A stretch of 40,625 bases of DNA, from UHGV virus genome UHGV-0137877; one strand, given 5' to 3'. Positions 36,301 through 40,625 of the stretch are shown here, piece after piece. Under the pieces are notes generated by a model, which searched no databases, was not told the DNA's origin, and saw only the letters and a list, made by a program, of their open reading frames with translations. Numbering within the stretch: the first letter of the stretch is position 1; every line of letters starts with the position of its first letter. The stretch is from a virus. The translations under genes and the position numbers were made by a program.

Positions 36301-36514
36301 AATGCCGCTGACTGATAATGACGGGAGCATCATTGTTGATGAGGATGATAATCCAGTGATGGTAATGGAAGACATCATTGAGCGCGTTGAAATAACGCCA
36401 GCAGGATCTAGATGGGGGGTCAGACCTGATCTCTTATTCTATATCGAGGCGGCATGGCAGCGCAGAGAAATGGATAAGATAAAAGAGCGGATTCAGTCTC
36501 TGGAAGAACGTTAA
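33395..36514 (+). CDS. Tailspike: endosialidase with gp17-like N-terminal anchor and C-terminal self-cleaving chaperone domain
   Basis: 1039 aa; N-terminus resembles the particle-binding domain of T7 gp17; two Asp-box motifs (SGDDGKTW, SSDLGTSW); C-terminal NPVVTSDGTLKTEP...HHGVIAQQLRDV resembles S74-type chaperone domains. Confidence 0.75.
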   Translation: MTVSTEVDHNEYTGNGVTTSFPYTFRIFRKSDLVVQVSDLNGNVTELVLDTGYTVTGAGTYSGGSVVLPSPLATGWRITIDRVLDVVQETDLRNQGKFFPEVHEDAFDYLTMLIQQCFGWFRRALMKPSLLAKYYDAKQNKISNLADPSLEQDAVNNRSMRNYVDAAIAGVVGGFGWFIQYGSGAVYRTFQDKMRDAISPKDFGAVGDGINDDSTAISACLEASSPGYKIDGLGLTFKVSTLPDVSRFKNARFLFERIPGQPLFYASEDFIQGELFKITDTPWYNAWTQDKTFVYDNVIYAPFMAGDRHGVNNLHVAWVRSGDDGKTWTTPEWLTDLHENYPTVNYHCMSMGVVRNRLFAVIETRTVSGNKLQVAELWDRPMSRSLRVYGGITKAANQQVAYIRITDHGLFAGDFVNFSNSGVTGVTGNMTVTTVIDKNTFTVTTQNTQDVDQNNEGRYWSFGTSFHSSPWRKTSLGTIPSFVDGSTPVTEIHSFATISDNSFAVGYHNGDIGPRELGILYFSDAFGSPGSFVRRRIPAEYEANASEPCVKYYDGILYLTTRGTLSTQPGSSLHRSSDLGTSWNSLRFPNNVHHSNLPFAKVGDELIIFGSERAFGEWEGGEPDNRYAGNYPRTFMTRVNVNEWSLDNVEWVNVTDQIYQGGIVNSAVGVGSVCIKDNWLYYIFGGEDFLNPWSIGDNNRKYPYVHDGHPADLYCFRVKIKQEEFVSRDFVYGATPNRTLPTFMSTSGVRTVPVPVDFTDDVAVQSLTVHAGTSGQVRAEVKLEGNYAIIAKKVPSDDVTAQRLIVSGGETTSSADGAMITLHGSGSSTPRRAVYNALEHLFENGDVKPYLDNVNALGGPGNRFSTVYLGSNPVVTSDGTLKTEPVSPDEALLDAWGDVRYIAYKWLNAVAIKGEEGARIHHGVIAQQLRDVLISHGLMEEESTTCRYAFLCYDDYPAVYDDVITGQREMPLTDNDGSIIVDEDDNPVMVMEDIIERVEITPAGSRWGVRPDLLFYIEAAWQRREMDKIKERIQSLEER

Positions 36515-36520
36515 AAAAAA

Positions 36521-36540
36521 GCCCGCAATATTTTGCGGGT
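36521..36540. terminator. Hairpin terminator after the tailspike gene
   Basis: GCCCGCAA-tatt-TTGCGGGT with A8 upstream; the U-run lies on the minus strand, so plus-strand termination may be weak. Confidence 0.45.
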
Positions 36541-36820
36541 ATCAAAAACGGAGTTTGTGAAAAGTTATCTTTGAATTCTATCATGAATCAGTACGTATTT
36601 TAAATACATGTTCAGGTTTATTACACCATAGCATTATTAAATACAAAATTAAGTCTATGGTTCCTGTACAACTGCCCCCACTCTGCTGGCTCGTTCTGTA
36701 AAATCATTAGTACTTTTATTGAGATATATGATACGGAACAATAATGATTCATATATGGTTTACTATGCGGGTTTAGTCATCAATAATTGACTGGCTTATA
36801 GATAGTAAACAGGAGAAAGT

Positions 36821-37225
36821 ATGTCTGCTCAAGTAACAAGTGAGCAATTAAATCAGTTGCTTAGTTTTGGTTCTCTTGCTGCGGTTATTGCAGGTGTCCC
36901 TCCGGAGGTTGCTTTAGGGGCTTTGGCTGGGGCGGTAATTTTTGTTACCTCTGCAGTAGAGTACCCCATCCGTCGCCGGGTGCTCCTGTCGATGCTCAGC
37001 TTTCTTTGCGGCCTTCTCTTTTACAAACCAGCAGCATCAATTCTTATCGGCATAGCCAGCCTGATCCCTACCATCACGCAGGACTCTTTTGAAAAAGGGA
37101 TTGTTTTCTCTGCAGGCGCATTCGTGTCAGCAATTGTCGCTGTGCGTATTGGTATATGGCTCTATCACCGTTCCGATAATCCACGCGAGTTAATTCCGGG
37201 GAGAAAAGACGATGGTAACGCATGA
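36821..37225 (+). CDS. Membrane protein, putative holin or lysis regulator
   Basis: 134 aa; AGGAGA RBS; three or four transmembrane segments; first gene of the lysis cluster. Confidence 0.45.
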   Translation: MSAQVTSEQLNQLLSFGSLAAVIAGVPPEVALGALAGAVIFVTSAVEYPIRRRVLLSMLSFLCGLLFYKPAASILIGIASLIPTITQDSFEKGIVFSAGAFVSAIVAVRIGIWLYHRSDNPRELIPGRKDDGNA

Positions 37226-37520
37226 GTTTTTTTTGCTTATCACCAATGCAGTTATTTGCACTGGCATAGCAATTCGCGTTGTCACATTCCGGCGTAACGG
37301 CTCTCAACATCGAAGGTGGGGAGGATGGCTTGCTTATTTCCTGATTGTTGCTGCGGCCAGTATTCCTGTTCGAGTCGCCTATGCAATCTGGTTACGTACG
37401 CCAATGGCTGTGGATTTATCCGAGGTCATTATCAACGCTGTCATGCTTGCTGCGGTTATTAAAACGCGCGGTAACGTCGTTCAAATTTTCAAAGTATCGA
37501 GGTCTAAACATGGAGATTAA
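37212..37520 (+). CDS. Holin-like membrane protein
   Basis: 102 aa; three hydrophobic helices, charged C-terminus; overlaps the endolysin start. Confidence 0.5.
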   Translation: MVTHEFFLLITNAVICTGIAIRVVTFRRNGSQHRRWGGWLAYFLIVAAASIPVRVAYAIWLRTPMAVDLSEVIINAVMLAAVIKTRGNVVQIFKVSRSKHGD

Positions 37521-38139
37521 ACAATTCCAGCGAGCTGCTGGTATCAGCGAGGCACTGGCCGCACGCTGGTTCTCGCATATAACTTCTGCGATGAAAGAGT
37601 TTGGTATCAGCAAACCAGAAGATCAGGCTATGTTTATTGCTCAGGTCGGGCATGAGTCTGGAGGCTTCACCCGGTTGCAGGAGAATTTCAACTACAGCGT
37701 CAGCGGACTGGCTAACTTTGTTCGGGCTGGGCGTCTCACTCAGGGACAGGCCAACGCATTGGGGCGCCGTGCTGGTGAACCACCATTGCCACTTGAGCGC
37801 CAGCGCGCGATCGCAAATCTGGTATACAGCAAACGCATGGGGAACAATGCCCCTGGTGATGGCTGGAATTACCGAGGGCGCGGACTTATCCAGATTACCG
37901 GTTTGAATAACTATCGTGATTGCGGAAACGGTCTGAAGGTTGACCTGCTGGAGAGCCCTGAACTGCTGGCGCAGGACGAATATGCGGCTCGTAGCGCGGC
38001 GTGGTTCTTTGCCAGCAAAGGATGCATGAAGTATACCGGCGATATTGCACGTGTAACTCTGATTATCAATGGTGGCCGGAACGGCATCGACGACCGGCGC
38101 GCGCGATACATCAATGCCAGTAAGGTGCTGGCGGTATGA
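37510..38139 (+). CDS. Endolysin, GH19 chitinase-like
   Basis: ORF track 37345..38139; preferred ATG 37510 after GAGG; motifs [10 protein letters not shown] and [15 protein letters not shown]. Confidence 0.75.
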   Translation: MEIKQFQRAAGISEALAARWFSHITSAMKEFGISKPEDQAMFIAQVGHESGGFTRLQENFNYSVSGLANFVRAGRLTQGQANALGRRAGEPPLPLERQRAIANLVYSKRMGNNAPGDGWNYRGRGLIQITGLNNYRDCGNGLKVDLLESPELLAQDEYAARSAAWFFASKGCMKYTGDIARVTLIINGGRNGIDDRRARYINASKVLAV

Positions 38140-38633
38140 TCCTGACATTCGTAAAAGCATATTGGAAACAGCTGCTTATCGTGTTGATGCTTGCTGCTCT
38201 GTTCATCGTCGGAGTGGTTGCCTGGAATATACACGGCAGCCGCCAGTACGATGCCGGGTATGCGCAGGCACAGGAAGATCAGAAACAGGCTGATGATAAG
38301 GCCAGGTCACAACGTGATCAGGAGAAAACACAAATTGAACGTGAAGCACAATCCCGTATCGATGTGGCGCGTGTTGATGCTGAGCATGCTAATGCCGCTG
38401 CTGACAGCCTGCGCGCCGAGCTTGACAAAACCAAGCGACTCGCCGAACACTATACCGGATCTTTCCCCACTGGCACGCCAGCCAGCAAGGTCATCGGTGT
38501 GCTCGCCGACATGCTTGAAGAAAGCAATCGAGTTTACAACGCAACAGCAGCTGAGGCTGAAAAGTATCGGATTGCAGGAGAATCCTGCGAACAGCAATAC
38601 GATTCACTGAAGAAGCAAAAATCGTGGCACTGA
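38136..38633 (+). CDS. i-spanin (Rz-like)
   Basis: 165 aa; N-terminal transmembrane helix then charged coiled coil; directly after the endolysin. Confidence 0.6.
   Translation: MILTFVKAYWKQLLIVLMLAALFIVGVVAWNIHGSRQYDAGYAQAQEDQKQADDKARSQRDQEKTQIEREAQSRIDVARVDAEHANAAADSLRAELDKTKRLAEHYTGSFPTGTPASKVIGVLADMLEESNRVYNATAAEAEKYRIAGESCEQQYDSLKKQKSWH
38362..38610 (+). CDS. o-spanin (Rz1-like), embedded in the +1 frame of the i-spanin gene
   Basis: ORF track 38191..38610; proposed start at an internal ATG giving [17 protein letters not shown] (lipobox LTAC) then a Pro-rich mature region. Confidence 0.5.
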   Translation: MWRVLMLSMLMPLLTACAPSLTKPSDSPNTIPDLSPLARQPARSSVCSPTCLKKAIEFTTQQQLRLKSIGLQENPANSNTIH

Positions 38634-38765
38634 TTTCCGGCGACGGTATATAAAACGGTACGGTGAAAATCATGTTGCAGAAAGTTGTTATCAATCAATT
38701 GTTTATGGTATCCGTAAATAATTGAGTGGGAATGATTTTGATCCCTGCACTATGAATGAACAAAA

Positions 38766-38791
38766 CCCTCTGTTACTACAGAGGGTTTTTT
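38766..38791. terminator. Bidirectional rho-independent terminator near the prophage right end
   Basis: CCCTCTG-ttacta-CAGAGGG followed by TTTTT on plus and a short U-run on minus. Confidence 0.65.
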
Positions 38792-38829
38792 ATCTTCAAG
38801 AATTATAGGCTTGAAGTTACTTACATCGA

Positions 38830-39369
38830 TTAATTAAACCAGCTGTCCGATTTGTTCTCTTCTGCTTTGCCCACGCTTTTCATCAGATCGCGACCGCCTT
38901 CAGTCATATTTCTGTTTGCGTCAGCTTCAGATTGCACCACATCGGTTTGCGCAGCTTTGTGCTTCAGTTCCTGATCGATAAATTCGTTTTCGCGCTTGAC
39001 GCGGGCTTCTTCTTTCGCCAGCGCCAGTTTTTGTTTCTGAATCTCTAAGCTACGTAGCTCATCTTCATAACTTTGATCGCGTTTTTTGTCCGCAGTGGCT
39101 TCGGCGTCCAGTTTATCCTGACGAGCTTTCTTATTCGCTGCTGCCGTTGCCGCTCTTTTATTAGCCGCGGCCTGGGCGTTTGCGCGACGTTGCTTCTCTT
39201 GCTGGATTTCCCTGTTGCGCTCCGCGACCCATTCGTCATGCTGCCTTTGCTCTTCATTTTTACCTTGCTGTTCCGCTTCTGCGACAGCCGAGAGTTGATC
39301 CTGCAATGATGAGGCGATAGCCGGATAGCTTAAGGAGGCTAAGATGGCGCAAAGAAAAACTTTCTTCAT
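38830..39369 (-). CDS. Secreted Lys/Ala/Glu-rich coiled-coil protein
   Basis: 179 aa; signal peptide MKKVFLCAILASLSYPAIA; strong AGGAGG RBS; 15-nt gap from the upstream gene. Confidence 0.55.
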   Translation of the reverse strand: MKKVFLCAILASLSYPAIASSLQDQLSAVAEAEQQGKNEEQRQHDEWVAERNREIQQEKQRRANAQAAANKRAATAAANKKARQDKLDAEATADKKRDQSYEDELRSLEIQKQKLALAKEEARVKRENEFIDQELKHKAAQTDVVQSEADANRNMTEGGRDLMKSVGKAEENKSDSWFN

Positions 39370-39384
39370 GACTCCTCCTGATTA

Positions 39385-39900
39385 TTAGCTCTTTTCAGGA
39401 CATTTGGTATTTGGCTGAATACGCGTTTCGTTATACGTCGTGGTAATAACAACGGCTAAACCTGTCGTAAACTGGCACTCTTTACCCACCTGGGTGGAGG
39501 TATACACTTTGGTGCCTTCCTTATATGTTAAAGAAACACCTTCCACTAAGGTTTTATCATTCACCATCGAACCCGCTGCCGCGCCTACAGCTCCGCCGCC
39601 AACTGCACCTGCCGTCGTTCCGGAATTGCTGCCAGACCCGACGTTGTGGCCGATAACACCGCCAGCGACAGCGCCAATAAGCGCGCCGAAGGCTTGTGCG
39701 TTCCGTTTATTTTGGGCGTTGTCTACGGCAACTTTTGCGGGAAGAATGGAAATAATATTAACGGTTTTAGTTTCTTGTTTGGTATTCAGTTGATCGGTTT
39801 GATAAACATCGGCGGCATGATCATCAGCATTTGACTGGCATCCTGCCAGAGTGAATGACGCTAACATTGCCACAGGCAGAAGACATTTTTTAAATTTCAT
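39385..39900 (-). CDS. Glycine-zipper lipoprotein (SlyB/YcfJ-like)
   Basis: ORF track 39385..39903; preferred ATG 39900; lipobox LAGC; Gly-zipper segment GALIGAVAGGVIGHNVGSGS...AVGGGAVGAAAG. Confidence 0.65.
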   Translation of the reverse strand: MKFKKCLLPVAMLASFTLAGCQSNADDHAADVYQTDQLNTKQETKTVNIISILPAKVAVDNAQNKRNAQAFGALIGAVAGGVIGHNVGSGSNSGTTAGAVGGGAVGAAAGSMVNDKTLVEGVSLTYKEGTKVYTSTQVGKECQFTTGLAVVITTTYNETRIQPNTKCPEKS

Positions 39901-40213
39901 CACTATTCCTTGTTATACACATTACGAAAAATGAGACATTTAAGATCATCAAAAGAGGAAAGTAAATGTATTGCGTATAAAGGAATAGATTAAATTTATT
40001 AAAATTCATGCGGGAAATAATTTATAAAAATACATCATCACAACATATGTATTAATGATGTATTTATTTCGCAGCCGAACAGGATGAACTTCAGTCAGAA
40101 CAAAGACGTAAAATTTAAGATGAAAGAATATCTGCCGCTTTGATAATCTCAAAGAGCAAAAGCATCCGACAGCGAGGTGCCGTTATGTTCTGTGAGAGTG
40201 GAGAAGGTAACCG

Positions 40214-40405
40214 CTAACGTTGTACCGGTGATTCGACGGAGAGTGTGGATTGCTGAGCTTCTTTTTTGCTCTGATGGTGCTGCCAGGCACCGACGGACGA
40301 GTAGATAAAACGGCCAAAGAAGAAGATAAAGCTGATGAGCAGTACGATACGGGTCATGCGACTGTTAAATCGGTGTCGTTTTCGCATACTGGTTGCCTGA
40401 CTCAC
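40214..40405 (-). CDS. Small single-pass membrane protein
   Basis: 63 aa; GTG start after AAGGAA; basic N-terminus then one hydrophobic helix. Confidence 0.35.
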   Translation of the reverse strand: MSQATSMRKRHRFNSRMTRIVLLISFIFFFGRFIYSSVGAWQHHQSKKEAQQSTLSVESPVQR

Positions 40406-40625
40406 AAAAGGTTCCTTGAAGTATGTCCCACGCCGTGGACGGTACTTACATTAAGGCACAACAGGACAAAATGGTCAATTCTTCGTTATGTAAAAAAGCG
40501 TCAGTTGATACATATTTTAATGTTATGAAAGTTAATTTAATTATTTACAATGATGATGTAATAATGATGAGTTAACATGATAAACGTAATAATTCATTAA
40601 TCAGGGTTATTTTGTTTGATATATA

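Larger units (their letters stand above)
1..38800. mobile_element. Temperate prophage: lambda-like early/replication region plus T7-like short-tail virion module; left end outside window, right end approximate
   Basis: Continuous phage gene order (recombination, repressor/cro, O/P-like replication, terminase, portal, capsid, tail tube, ejection proteins, tailspike, lysis). No integrase or att site seen in the window. Confidence 0.7.

Noticed and set aside
37345-37509. N-terminal extension of the endolysin ORF
   Set aside because: Overlaps the holin-like gene out of frame; ATG 37510 has its own RBS.
1-40625. CRISPR arrays, insertion sequences, integrase, phage RNA polymerase, toxin genes
   Set aside because: No direct-repeat arrays, transposase-like ORFs or terminal inverted repeats seen; no ORF resembles an integrase or RNA polymerase within the window.

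Overview
The window is almost entirely one temperate prophage: a lambda-like early region joined to a short-tailed (T7-like) virion module. Its left end lies beyond position 1; its right end is probably near 38.6-38.8 kb but could not be fixed. Layout: (1) 50-3550, a leftward early operon with an MT-A70-like adenine methyltransferase, an AlpA-like HTH protein, a Bet/RecT-type annealing protein and a PD-(D/E)XK exonuclease; (2) 3704-4673, the immunity switch, with a two-HTH repressor lacking any peptidase domain facing a Cro-like gene; (3) 4822-11445, replication genes (O-like organiser, lambda P-like loader) and nin-type accessory genes; (4) 11520-13588, terminase small and large subunits; (5) 13639-14334, an inverted insert carrying tRNA-Arg(UCU) and a 124-aa ORF; (6) 14762-30405, portal, scaffold, capsid, gp11/gp12-like tail tube and gp14/15/16-like ejection proteins; (7) 30415-33236, an accessory island with small membrane proteins, a DUF2335-like membrane protein, and two antirepressor paralogues behind a perfect LexA box; (8) 33395-36514, a tailspike that reads as an endosialidase (Asp-boxes, C-terminal self-cleaving chaperone domain); (9) 36821-38633, lysis genes. 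38830-40405 holds three minus-strand envelope genes of uncertain origin. The strongest signal is a 15-bp palindrome, TTACC-N5-GGTAA, found in at least nine perfect and three degenerate copies, every one intergenic and at the head of a transcription unit. This looks like one repressor-operator network covering early, late, tailspike and accessory promoters. The likeliest candidate for an undescribed system is the operator-controlled pair of overlapping genes at 30992-31847, downstream of the SOS-controlled antirepressors. All family assignments are from reading the translations and from memory, not from database searches.
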